From assembly GCA_963664825.1 (NCBI GenBank), contig OY761614.1, positions 832,001-896,000 of the forward strand: a stretch of 64,000 nucleotides of DNA. The letters run 5' to 3'. The DNA comes from an uncultured Holophaga sp. (GTDB lineage Bacteria > Acidobacteriota > Holophagae > Holophagales > Holophagaceae). The position numbers were made by a program, and so were the translations under genes. Below the pieces are notes generated by a model that was not told where the DNA came from, made no database searches, and worked only from the letters and a program-made list of their open reading frames with translations. This document shows positions 55,531 to 64,000 of this stretch, piece by piece; within the stretch, counting starts at the first letter, position 1; each line of letters begins with the position of its first letter.

Positions 55531-56787
55531 CTACTTGAACCACTCGTTCAGATCGATGGGAATCCATGCGGTCAGTGTGGGGAAGCGGACCCACATCTTC
55601 CGTTCGGAAGGCTGGGCGATGACCTGCCAGACGGTGACCTCGTCGTCCTTGGGATTCTTCTTCAGCACCGCCACGCCCTTCCCGATGGAGCCGTCCTCGT
55701 TGTAGAAGGGCACATCCAGGACGCCCATGAGGCTCTTCTCGTCCACCACGCCCCCCGGCACCTGCTTGATCAGGTTGAGCAGCGTCTCGCAGCGGTAGGA
55801 GGAATACCAGGCGGCGGGGCTGGGCAGGGACAACATGCCCCAGGCTGGATGCTGGAACTGGTTGGCGGTGGCGATGAGGGTGTCGCCCTGGGCCTCCCGC
55901 CGCTGCATATCCCAGGTAGAGGTCTCGTAGAAGCGCGTCCCGGAGGCGTCCGCCTGCATCAGGATGATGGAGTAGTTGAAGCGGGTGCTCTCCATGAGGG
56001 CGCGAAACTCGTCGCTATTGGAGGCGTCGAAGAGCACATTGTTGACCTGGGTCGACACGTCCGTGCGGTTGGGGAACATGACCATGCCCCCCGAATCGGC
56101 GCCGTTGTTCTGCTCGATGTAGAGGCCATGGCTATTCATGGCATCCAGGAGGGAAACGCCTCCGGCCAGGGTGAGGCCGGCCACGGCATGGGAGCCGTCG
56201 GTGGGCTTGTAGACGACCATCACCCGGTATTCCTTGGCCAGCCTGCGGAAGATATCCGGGTAATCGAAGTCCCTGGCCGTGAAGACCTTCCCGTCGGCCG
56301 TGTAGCGGCCCCAGGCGGCGCCGGAGGTGCAGGAGGAGATAGTGCCGCCGAATTTCTTGCGGGCCACGATCTGGACCGCCGCGATATTGGCCGTCAGGAC
56401 GGCCTCCTGGCGGGAGATGCGGGCCCCTTCGGCGATGCCCCGCAGGAGTTCCTTCTGCCGCATGGGAAGGGTCTTGTAGAGGCCGTCCGCGAGTTCGTTC
56501 AGTTCGTCCTGCTTGAACTGGCCGCTCTTGATGAAGCAATCCCGGATGGCGGCGTCGTACGTGCCCCGGATCTTGTCTCCCAGCAGGGCGCCGTACTGGA
56601 GACCCATATCGTGGAAGGTCCCGGACAGGACGACCACGGGCAGACCCTCCTGATAGTAGAGCCTGCCAGGACCCTCCTGCTTGAGGAGCCGAGCGGCGGC
56701 CTCCCCCGGCACCGAAGCCGCCAGGAACATGGACAGGAAGACCGTTGAGGCAAGGGCTTTCATGGGAAACGAGAAGACCGTGTTCAT
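55531..56787 (-). CDS. C45 family Ntn-hydrolase (acyl-CoA:6-APA acyltransferase-like), exported
   Basis: GTFHDMGLQYG, SS-CTSGAAWG autoproteolysis site, ARDFD, MNSHGL, TANQF; GGAGG RBS before ATG 56787. Confidence 0.85.
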   Translation of the reverse strand: MNTVFSFPMKALASTVFLSMFLAASVPGEAAARLLKQEGPGRLYYQEGLPVVVLSGTFHDMGLQYGALLGDKIRGTYDAAIRDCFIKSGQFKQDELNELADGLYKTLPMRQKELLRGIAEGARISRQEAVLTANIAAVQIVARKKFGGTISSCTSGAAWGRYTADGKVFTARDFDYPDIFRRLAKEYRVMVVYKPTDGSHAVAGLTLAGGVSLLDAMNSHGLYIEQNNGADSGGMVMFPNRTDVSTQVNNVLFDASNSDEFRALMESTRFNYSIILMQADASGTRFYETSTWDMQRREAQGDTLIATANQFQHPAWGMLSLPSPAAWYSSYRCETLLNLIKQVPGGVVDEKSLMGVLDVPFYNEDGSIGKGVAVLKKNPKDDEVTVWQVIAQPSERKMWVRFPTLTAWIPIDLNEWFK

Positions 56788-56978
56788 GGACCACCTCCGT
56801 CTAGGTTGTAGAGCCTGGGGTTCCACTTATGACCACTCTGTTTTTTTATTTGCAGGCAGTGTATGCCTGCATCAGGAACCGGTGCAACTCGAAAACCCGG
56901 ATCAGGAGGCCTGCGCAGATGGCCAGGAATCCAGGGTTGGGCACGCTTTGAGAAGCCCGCCCAACACGGGCAGGTCCC

Positions 56979-57058
56979 ATCGGCGTTAATCCGCGTGTAT
57001 CAGAGTTAAAAGCCTTTAAACACTGATGAACGCCGATGCACGCAGATAAAGGCGGATC
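56979..57058. repeat. 10-nt periodic palindromic repeat, copy B
   Basis: atcggcgtta-atccgcgtgt-atcagagtta .. aacactgatg-aacgccgatg-cacgcagata; homologous to 55129-55199. Confidence 0.8.
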
Positions 57059-57088
57059 ATCCCGATCCCCTCGAAGTTCAATCCCTGT

Positions 57089-58006
57089 TCAGCGCATCAA
57101 TGCCAGGTATCCCATCCAGAGGGCCGGGCCATAGAAGACGATGGGGAAGGTGGCCAGGGCCAGGAAGCAGCCCAGGGGCAGCATGGTCTGGGCCTTGGCT
57201 CGCCCCGTCACCAGCAGGGGCAGGGCGAAGACCACGGCCAGGAGGCTGGCGCCGAAGAGGATGCCCAGCATGGCCCCCCAGCCCCAGAAGGCCCCCAGCC
57301 ATGCCAGCATCTTGAAGTCCCCCATGCCCAGGCCATCGGTCTTGCGGAAGAATTTGTAGATCGCGTTCACGATCCAGGGCAGGCCATAGCCCGCCACCAG
57401 GCCGATGAGGCTCTCCTTCCAGGTCACGGGCAGTTGCCCCAGGGCCAGCCAGCCCGGGGCCATCTGGAGGCCATTGGTGAAGGTATCCACGGAGAGCAGG
57501 TTCCAACCCAGCGCCAGGACCCGGGTGCTGTGCTCGGGCCAGAATATCTGGGGCAGTGTGAAGAGCAGGCCGAGGGCCATGAGGGGGAACTGGATCACAT
57601 CGGGCAGCATGAACTCCGTGAGATCGGTGAAGAAAAAGACCAGCAGCGCGAAGGCGCAGATCACGCCCTTGAACCAGATGAGGGTGGCGAAGGGGAAGAG
57701 CCACACGGAACCCGCCAGGATCAGGCCCCCCAGCAGCTCCACCAGCGGGTAGCGGAAGGGGATGGGGCAGCCGCAATCGGCGCAACGGCCCCGCAGCGCG
57801 ATCCAGGAGAGGAGGGGGATGTTGTGGTACCAGCGGATGCGCGCCTGGCACTGGGGACAGTGGCTGGGCTTGGTGACCACGTTGCGGTCTGAAGGCGCCT
57901 CCAGGGGCAGGCGGTGGATGAGCACATTGCAGAAGGAACCCAGCACCAGGCCGAAGGGAGCCAGCAGCAGGGAGAGCATCCAGGGCGGGAGATCGAGGGT
58001 GGCCAT
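57089..58006 (-). CDS. pilD: Type IV prepilin peptidase (A24)
   Basis: GSFCNVLIHRLP, SHCPQC, GRCADC, RYPLVE, GMGDFKM. Confidence 0.94.
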   Translation of the reverse strand: MATLDLPPWMLSLLLAPFGLVLGSFCNVLIHRLPLEAPSDRNVVTKPSHCPQCQARIRWYHNIPLLSWIALRGRCADCGCPIPFRYPLVELLGGLILAGSVWLFPFATLIWFKGVICAFALLVFFFTDLTEFMLPDVIQFPLMALGLLFTLPQIFWPEHSTRVLALGWNLLSVDTFTNGLQMAPGWLALGQLPVTWKESLIGLVAGYGLPWIVNAIYKFFRKTDGLGMGDFKMLAWLGAFWGWGAMLGILFGASLLAVVFALPLLVTGRAKAQTMLPLGCFLALATFPIVFYGPALWMGYLALMR

Positions 58007-58153
58007 GGAAAGAGGATAGAGCAGCCCGAGGGAAATAGGCGGGCACTCCCGGACGCATCACGTCCCATATACGCCAGCCCTCCAGGCCTCTTTCGGGGCC
58101 GAACCGGAACTCTTTCCCGCATATGAGGCACAATTCTTGGATCAGGAGCCCCC

Positions 58154-58819
58154 ATGTACCGCCTTCCCATCGCCGCCCTACTGCTCGCCCTCCCCCTCTT
58201 CCCCCAGGCCAAGCCCAAATCGAAATCCAGGCCCAAGCCCGCCGCGGTGGCCGAACCCGCGCCAGCTCCCGCCCCAGCGCCCACCCCCGCCCCCAAGCCC
58301 AAGCCCCGGGTGAAGCTCGAGACCAGCTACGGCCCGGTCATCCTGGAACTGGAACCCGAACTGGCCCCGGCCACGGTGGCCAACTTCCTGCGCTACGTGA
58401 AGGAGGGCTTCTACGCCGGCACCATCTTCCACCGGGTGATCCCGGGCTTCATGGTCCAGGGGGGAGGCCTCAAGGAGGATCTCTCGGAGAAGCCCACCCA
58501 CCTGCCCATCCCCAACGAGGCCCCCGCCACCTTCAAGGGCGGACTCAAGAACGTGCCCGGCACCCTGGCCATGGCCCGCCAGGACGACCCCCAGAGCGCC
58601 ACGGCCCAGTTCTACATCAACACCAACGCCAACGATGTCCTCGATCACCGGGCCCCCACGGGCAAGGACTACGGCTACTGCGTCTTCGGCCGGGTGGTGG
58701 AGGGCATGGAGGCCATCCAGAAGATCGAGAAGGTCACCACCGTCTGGCGTAGGGGCATGCAGAACGTCCCCGAATACCCCGTGCGGATCAAGTCCGCCGA
58801 GCTCCTGCCGGAGAAGTAA
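58154..58819 (+). CDS. Cyclophilin-type peptidyl-prolyl isomerase, exported
   Basis: FHRVIPGFMVQGGG, GTLAMAR, SATAQFYIN, YCVFGRVVEGM; signal peptide plus Pro/Ala linker. Confidence 0.95.
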   Translation: MYRLPIAALLLALPLFPQAKPKSKSRPKPAAVAEPAPAPAPAPTPAPKPKPRVKLETSYGPVILELEPELAPATVANFLRYVKEGFYAGTIFHRVIPGFMVQGGGLKEDLSEKPTHLPIPNEAPATFKGGLKNVPGTLAMARQDDPQSATAQFYINTNANDVLDHRAPTGKDYGYCVFGRVVEGMEAIQKIEKVTTVWRRGMQNVPEYPVRIKSAELLPEK

Positions 58820-58822
58820 GAA

Positions 58823-58912
58823 GACGGGGATCTGCGGGGATGACGTTTCGGGATCCAATCTCACAAGTTCCGGGTTTGCTTTGATCCTCGTCCATCCCCG
58901 TGAATCCCCGGC
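58823..58912. repeat. Inverted 10-nt periodic repeat
   Basis: gacggggatc-tgcggggatg .. gatcctcgtc-catccccgtg-aatccccggc, between convergent genes. Confidence 0.65.
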
Positions 58913-58952
58913 AAATGCAGCTTGAGGAGGCGGTTCAAGTTTGAATTCAGCC

Positions 58953-60149
58953 TCAGGCGTTCAAGGCGATGAGGTGCTGGAGGGCCTCCCGGAGAGATTC
59001 CTCTTCCAGGGGCCGTTCCAGCCGCACGTGGGGACCCTCGGTCTGGGGACCGCCCATCTGAATCCAGCGACTGCGACGGCGCACCAGATCGTGTTCTCGC
59101 CAGACCGACAGGATGCTCGGTTCCCGCATCCAGAGCAGGATGCTGGGAAAGGGGCCCTCCCGGGGAGGCACCGTGCCCCAGAGCTCCACCTGGGCCCCCC
59201 AGCCCCTCAGCCAGCCCAGGATCCGCTGGCATTCCTCCCCCTCCTCCATGCCGAGGGCCAGGGTCCAGCCCCCCAGGAAGCTGCGGACGTCCTTCTCCCG
59301 CCGGGCCTCCACCCAACCGAGCTCCCTTCCCTCGGCCTGGGCCCGGTGGACCAGGTAGGTGGATCCATCCCGGCCCGGCATCCGATCCTCCAAGCGGGCC
59401 GCCCACCCGGCACCGAAGAGATCCTCCATCAGGGGGGAGGCTTCCCCCGAATGCCAGGTGGAACCCGGCAGGAGCCCGCGCCAGGCCGCGGCCTCCCCTT
59501 CGGCCCGGGCCAGCCGCTCATGCATGGCATGGGTCAGGGCCCACATCCAGGAAGCGCCCAGGGAAATGGCCATGAGCATGATGCCGATGCCGGAGATCCG
59601 GAACTGGACATCGAAGCAGACCCGGAAGACCACTTCCACCACCACGGGAATCATCGTGATCAGCAGGCCGCCCAGCAGGCGGCGCCCGAAGGGATCCTCT
59701 GCCCGATGCGCCCTGACCAGCGCCAGGAGGGTCAGGGCGCAGCTGGCCATGTAGACCGACAGCGTGACCAGATGCAGGCCCCGGGCCAGGGAACTCCCCA
59801 GGGGCAGGAAGGCGCAGCGGACAAGATTCGGCAGCATGCCCAGGCCTATCCACCGGACCATGTGCCGTGGGTAGAAGGTTGGAAATACCAGGAACAGCGC
59901 GCAGAACATGGCCGTGTAGCCGAGGGAGGCCAGGGCGCTCTGAAGGCGATCCGCGATGTCCAAAGGGAAGACCTGGGCCGCCTCCAGGATGCCCACCCCG
60001 TGGCGCAGGGCGATCATCAGGCAGGCCAGCCCCACCCAGCCCGTGAGCCGGTCCCGGCGATGGAGGCTATCGGCGCTGAAGGCGGCCGCCAGCGCCAGGA
60101 GGGCTCCCGCCTGCAGGGCATCGAGGGTGAGCCAGGGGAGGAAATTCAT
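58953..60149 (-). CDS. Hypothetical membrane protein (about 7 TM plus soluble C-terminus)
   Basis: Hydrophobic N-terminal half; fills the gap between PPIase and lpdA. Confidence 0.65.
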   Translation of the reverse strand: MNFLPWLTLDALQAGALLALAAAFSADSLHRRDRLTGWVGLACLMIALRHGVGILEAAQVFPLDIADRLQSALASLGYTAMFCALFLVFPTFYPRHMVRWIGLGMLPNLVRCAFLPLGSSLARGLHLVTLSVYMASCALTLLALVRAHRAEDPFGRRLLGGLLITMIPVVVEVVFRVCFDVQFRISGIGIMLMAISLGASWMWALTHAMHERLARAEGEAAAWRGLLPGSTWHSGEASPLMEDLFGAGWAARLEDRMPGRDGSTYLVHRAQAEGRELGWVEARREKDVRSFLGGWTLALGMEEGEECQRILGWLRGWGAQVELWGTVPPREGPFPSILLWMREPSILSVWREHDLVRRRSRWIQMGGPQTEGPHVRLERPLEEESLREALQHLIALNA

Positions 60150-60324
60150 GGGGCTGGATCCTGGGACTGTGATTCCCCTAACGGCCGGTCCGGTCACCGA
60201 CCTTAGGAATCACCGCCCTTTGCCGAAGAGACGCCCGGTGGGATCATGGAACGGCCCCGGGGCTGTGGGTTCATCCCCAGTAGCCATCAAAAACAAAAAC
60301 ATGGAAACTCACCACGGAGATCGC

Positions 60325-61740
60325 ATGGCATCCTTCGACCTCATCGTCATCGGCAGCGGCCCCGGCGGCTACATCGCCGCCATTCGGGGCGCGCAGCTGG
60401 GCCTCAGCACGGCCCTCGTCGAGAAGGACCCCGGGGGCCTGGGCGGCACCTGCCTGCGCCGGGGTTGCATCCCCGCCAAGACCTGGCTGGAGAGCGCCCG
60501 CCGCTTCGAGCAGATGCATAGCCTGAAGGAATTCGGCGTCGCGGGAGTGGATATCAGCCAGATGAAGGCCGATCTCACCACCATCGTTGCCCGGAAGAAC
60601 AAGATCGTCTTCAAGAACGGCAAGGGCATCGAGTTCCTCATGAAGAAGAACAAGGTGACGGTCTTCAAGGGCTTCGGCAAGCTCCTGGGCGGCGGCCGGG
60701 TGGAAGTCTCCGGGGAGACTCTTGAAACCCACGAGGCCAAGAAGATCATCCTGGCCACCGGCAGCGTGGTCAAGGAACTCCCGGGGCTGGAGGCCGATGG
60801 CCTGCGGGTGCTCAATAGCAATCACGTGCTGGACCTGCAGGAAGTGCCCCAGCATCTGGTGATCCTGGGCGCAGGGGCCATCGGCGTGGAATTCGCCTCG
60901 GTATTTGCGCGCCTGGGCTCCAAGGTGACCCTGGTGGAATTCATGGACCGCATCCTGCCCATCGAGGACGCCAGCATCGGCGAGGAACTGGCCAAGCTGC
61001 TCGCCAAGCTCCACAAGATGGATATCCGCGTGAAGACCAAGATCACCTCCATCGAGCGCCAGGCCGACAAGGTCATCTGCCACCTGAAGGGCGAGAAGCC
61101 CGGCGTCCTCGAGGCCAGCCATCTGCTGGTGGCCGTGGGCCGCGGCCCAGTCACCCTGGGCGTGGGCCTGGAGACGACCCAAGCCCAGGTGGAGCGCGGT
61201 TTCGTGGAGGTGGACGCCTTCATGCGCAGCGCCGAGCCCGGCCTCTTCGCCATCGGCGACATCGTGAGGACGCCCATGCTGGCCCATGTGGCCGGAGACG
61301 AGGCCGTGCTGGCAGCCGAAACCGCGGCCCAGGATCTCGGCCAGGATGTGCAGCCCCACCCCCTCAATTACGGCCGGGTGCCCAGCTGCACCTACTGCGA
61401 TCCCGAGGTGGGCTGCATCGGCCTCTCGGAAGCCAAGGCCAAGGAGATGGGCCGCGATGTGATCACGGGCAGCTTCCCCTTCATGCCCCTGGCCAAGGCC
61501 AATATCCTGGGCGAGCCCTACGGCTTCATCAAGATCGTGGCCGACAAGCAGTACGGCGAGATCCTGGGCATCCACATCCTGGGCCCCAAGGCCACCGAGC
61601 TCATCGCGAGCAGCGTGGCCCTCCTGGGCGGCGAATACACCGTCGAAGAGCTGATCCACACGATCTATCCACACCCCACCCTCAACGAGGCCTTCCCCGA
61701 AGCCGCCCGCGCCGTCTACGGCCGCGCGCTGAACATGTAA
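60325..61740 (+). CDS. lpdA: Dihydrolipoyl dehydrogenase
   Basis: GSGPGGYIAA, GGTCLRRGCIP, GAGAIGVE, HPTLNE. Confidence 0.96.
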   Translation: MASFDLIVIGSGPGGYIAAIRGAQLGLSTALVEKDPGGLGGTCLRRGCIPAKTWLESARRFEQMHSLKEFGVAGVDISQMKADLTTIVARKNKIVFKNGKGIEFLMKKNKVTVFKGFGKLLGGGRVEVSGETLETHEAKKIILATGSVVKELPGLEADGLRVLNSNHVLDLQEVPQHLVILGAGAIGVEFASVFARLGSKVTLVEFMDRILPIEDASIGEELAKLLAKLHKMDIRVKTKITSIERQADKVICHLKGEKPGVLEASHLLVAVGRGPVTLGVGLETTQAQVERGFVEVDAFMRSAEPGLFAIGDIVRTPMLAHVAGDEAVLAAETAAQDLGQDVQPHPLNYGRVPSCTYCDPEVGCIGLSEAKAKEMGRDVITGSFPFMPLAKANILGEPYGFIKIVADKQYGEILGIHILGPKATELIASSVALLGGEYTVEELIHTIYPHPTLNEAFPEAARAVYGRALNM

Positions 61741-61759
61741 TCCCATGCAGGAGAAACCG

Positions 61760-61978
61760 ATGACCCCTCTCGGCAAGACCGGATTCGTGAAGGAAGGCGC
61801 CCTCAAGGGCTGGTACGTGCGCGTCGCGCACATGGAGCTCCCCAAGGGCTTCCTGGTCTCCCGGGCCCGCAACGCCGAAATGGATCAGACCCTGATCCTG
61901 GATGGCATCTTCCCGGAACGCCCGGAGCTGGAGACCTTTTTCGCCTCCCAGGCCCCCGGCGTGGAGTGGAGGGACTGA
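61760..61978 (+). CDS. Small hypothetical protein
   Basis: AGGAG RBS; host-like codon usage; alternative start at 61745. Confidence 0.55.
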   Translation: MTPLGKTGFVKEGALKGWYVRVAHMELPKGFLVSRARNAEMDQTLILDGIFPERPELETFFASQAPGVEWRD

Positions 61979-62092
61979 TACCAGGGTGCGTTCGAAGATA
62001 GCGATCTGCGAAGCAGAGCGCGTCAAGCGCAGCAGCGCAGACCGGCCAGGGGCCGAGGCTGCGATGCGGAGCGACTTCGAACGCCCGACTAC
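61975..62092 (+). mobile_element. MITE-like element containing 59-bp repeat copy 2
   Basis: 61975-62033 matches 45034-45092; gcgttcgaag (61988-61997) is mirrored by cttcgaacgc (62075-62084). Confidence 0.5.
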
Positions 62093-62127
62093 ATTCTAGA
62101 TTATTGAATGCGAATCGGTATGAGGCA

Positions 62128-63438
62128 TCAGCCCAGTCCCATCTGCTGTTCCGCCAGCTGGGAGAGGGCTTCGTCCAGGGCGTAGGGCTTGACCAGCAGC
62201 TGGGAGATCCCGGCCCGTTGCGCCGCCACCACCAGAGCCCTGGACACCTCCTCGGCGGCGAGCACGATGGCCGGGAGCTGCATGCCTGCGTCCCGAAGCC
62301 GTTGGGCCATCTCCATGGATTCCAGTAGAGGCATCTGGGTATCGATGAAGAGCAGGCCGACTCCGGGCTCCTGGAGATGGGCCACCACTTCGTCCCAGCC
62401 TAGCGCCAGCAGGACCCGGCCATAGCCTTCCTCCAGGAAATGATCGCGCAGGAGTCCGCCAGGCCCCGCTGAGGCCAGGATCACCACCGCCCGGGAACGC
62501 TTCTTGAGGCGCAGAAGCGCCGTATTGCGGCTCAGGCCTGCCCCCTCACCAGCGGGAACGGGCGGCAGGGGCTCAGGCGTCTCCGAGGGCACCGCCACAT
62601 GCGCCGCAAGAGGGAGTGCCTCGACGGTTTTGTCCGCGATGGGTTTTTCCGCTCGTTCCATGCGGGGAGCCGGTTCCGCCTCGGGCTCGAGTGCCCGGCG
62701 CCGGGCCTTGGGGGGGACGGCGCTGGGAATGCTCCCCGCCCGATTGGAGACCATGTTCCGGATGGCTCCCGCGAATTCGGATTTCTCGAAGCGGATGCCC
62801 AGCGCCAGTCCCCCGGCATTGCTATCCAGGTAGGCGACCCTGCCCCCCATCTCCATCACCGCCGGGCAGCGGGGCACCTTGTTGAGCTTGAGGATCATGA
62901 AGGTGTGCCCCACGGGCAGCAGGGCCGTGCCGATGCCGAGCTTCTTCTGGTCCTTGATGTTCATCGCCTTTTCCACCCGCACCCGACATCCGCTCTCGGA
63001 GAGGTTCTCCAGCACACCGGTGATCCCCACCCCTTCGAAGAGGCTGCTGAGGCCCGTGAGAGTCGCCCCCTCCTTGGCGTTCAGCCGCGCCCGGGGCTGC
63101 TTGCGCCGCTCCAGGAGTTCCAGTGCCTCGGGAATCTCCAGGGTGAGGGTGCCCCCGCGGACCTCCACCACCCGGGTGGTGGCGCCCAGCCGCAGGTTCT
63201 CGTGGATGAAGACCAACTCGGCCTCGGCCCCCTTTTCCAGGGAGAAGGAGCCAGCCACCTGGAGGTTCAGGGTCCCGGCCTTCTCATCCAGGGCCTGGAG
63301 CACGGCCGAGCACTCCCTCTTGCGGCTATCCCGGACCAAGAAGGGACTGCGCACGCGCTGGGCGTCTTCGAGATAGGCCATCACCAAGTCGGAGATGCCG
63401 ACCTCCCGCTTGTCCTTTCCAAAACTGAACAGGGCCAT
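62128..63438 (-). CDS. YcgR-like PilZ protein with C-terminal receiver domain
   Basis: ERRKQPR (RxxxR) and ENLSESG (NxSxxG); LFIDTQMP..LVKPY. Confidence 0.8.
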   Translation of the reverse strand: MALFSFGKDKREVGISDLVMAYLEDAQRVRSPFLVRDSRKRECSAVLQALDEKAGTLNLQVAGSFSLEKGAEAELVFIHENLRLGATTRVVEVRGGTLTLEIPEALELLERRKQPRARLNAKEGATLTGLSSLFEGVGITGVLENLSESGCRVRVEKAMNIKDQKKLGIGTALLPVGHTFMILKLNKVPRCPAVMEMGGRVAYLDSNAGGLALGIRFEKSEFAGAIRNMVSNRAGSIPSAVPPKARRRALEPEAEPAPRMERAEKPIADKTVEALPLAAHVAVPSETPEPLPPVPAGEGAGLSRNTALLRLKKRSRAVVILASAGPGGLLRDHFLEEGYGRVLLALGWDEVVAHLQEPGVGLLFIDTQMPLLESMEMAQRLRDAGMQLPAIVLAAEEVSRALVVAAQRAGISQLLVKPYALDEALSQLAEQQMGLG

Positions 63439-63543
63439 GGACTCCGCCAATGTTTCCTATGCATCGTCCCACCTTGGCCCCGGCTTGAGAATGGTGCATA
63501 GACCCAGGGGCCATCCTGGGCTATTTCCGATACCCTCGAAGCC

Positions 63544-64000
63544 ATGACCGAACGCCTGACCCGCTGTTTCCTCCTCGCCCACCAGGGCCCCCAAGACCGG
63601 GAGGCGGATATCCAGGAGCACCTCAGCGAACTGGCGGAGCTGACGCGGGCCTGCGGCATGGAACCCATCGGCAGCCAGCAGCTCCGGAGATCCCTGGTGG
63701 ATGCCCGCCTCTTCTACGGGAAGGGCCAGATCGAGGCCGTGGCCGATGAAGCCCGGCGCCAGCAGGCCGCGATCCTCATCTGCGATGACGAGCTCTCCGG
63801 CAGTCAGGTGCGCAATATCGAGAAGACCACCGGCATGAGCTGCCTGGACCGCACGGGCCTCATCCTGGCCATCTTCGAACAGCGGGCCAAGAGCCGGGAG
63901 GCCAAGGCCCAGGTGGAGCTGGCCCGCTACGAATACGAGCTGCCCCGGCTGAAGGGAGCCTGGACGCACCTGGAGCGCCAGGGCGGCGGCGTAGGGTTGC
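63544..64000 (+). CDS. hflX: GTPase HflX (partial; runs off window)
   Basis: Not in ORF track. Manual translation: ELAELTRACG, YGKGQ, DDELSGSQVRNIE, DRTGLILAIFEQRAKSREAKAQVELA, WTHLERQGGG. Confidence 0.93.
   Translation, partial: MTERLTRCFLLAHQGPQDREADIQEHLSELAELTRACGMEPIGSQQLRRSLVDARLFYGKGQIEAVADEARRQQAAILICDDELSGSQVRNIEKTTGMSCLDRTGLILAIFEQRAKSREAKAQVELARYEYELPRLKGAWTHLERQGGGVGL

Noticed and set aside
60309..60320. TCACCACGGAG motif before lpdA as another periodic array
   Set aside because: Single unit with no periodicity; adequately explained as the lpdA RBS.

Overview
GC-rich bacterial chromosomal segment, tentatively Holophagaceae/Acidobacteriota (inferred from gene content and composition only). 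Housekeeping and repair genes: mutL, aroA, a CNT nucleoside transporter, dinB, a nuclease-fused DinG/XPD-type helicase, mutS, mce, prepilin peptidase, cyclophilin, lpdA and a partial hflX. Accessory elements are interleaved. (i) At the left edge, the start of a tyrosine-recombinase element whose RBS sits in a long hairpin, followed by a GxxExxY gene. (ii) About 8 kb encoding two giant repeat lipoproteins (Ig-like/FG-GAP with a possible beta-pore-forming C-terminus; PKD x10 plus a DUF1566/CLec tip), divergent from a two-component system that is coupled to a double-length class II UvrA. (iii) A BlaI/BlaR1-like pair with visible operators. (iv) An AT-rich P-loop ATPase gene bounded by integron-like GTTAGG/CCTAAC sites. 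The least explained signals are non-coding: about 11 intergenic arrays of 9- or 10-nt periodic, often inverted repeats (two near-identical copies bracket a C45 peptidase gene), a near-perfect four-way-junction fold at 55309-55425, a 59-bp repeat fused to two different stop codons, and a 93-bp palindromic unit repeated in frame inside the helicase. No rRNA, tRNA, CRISPR array, reverse transcriptase or integron integrase was recognised. All calls are by eye; no searches were run.
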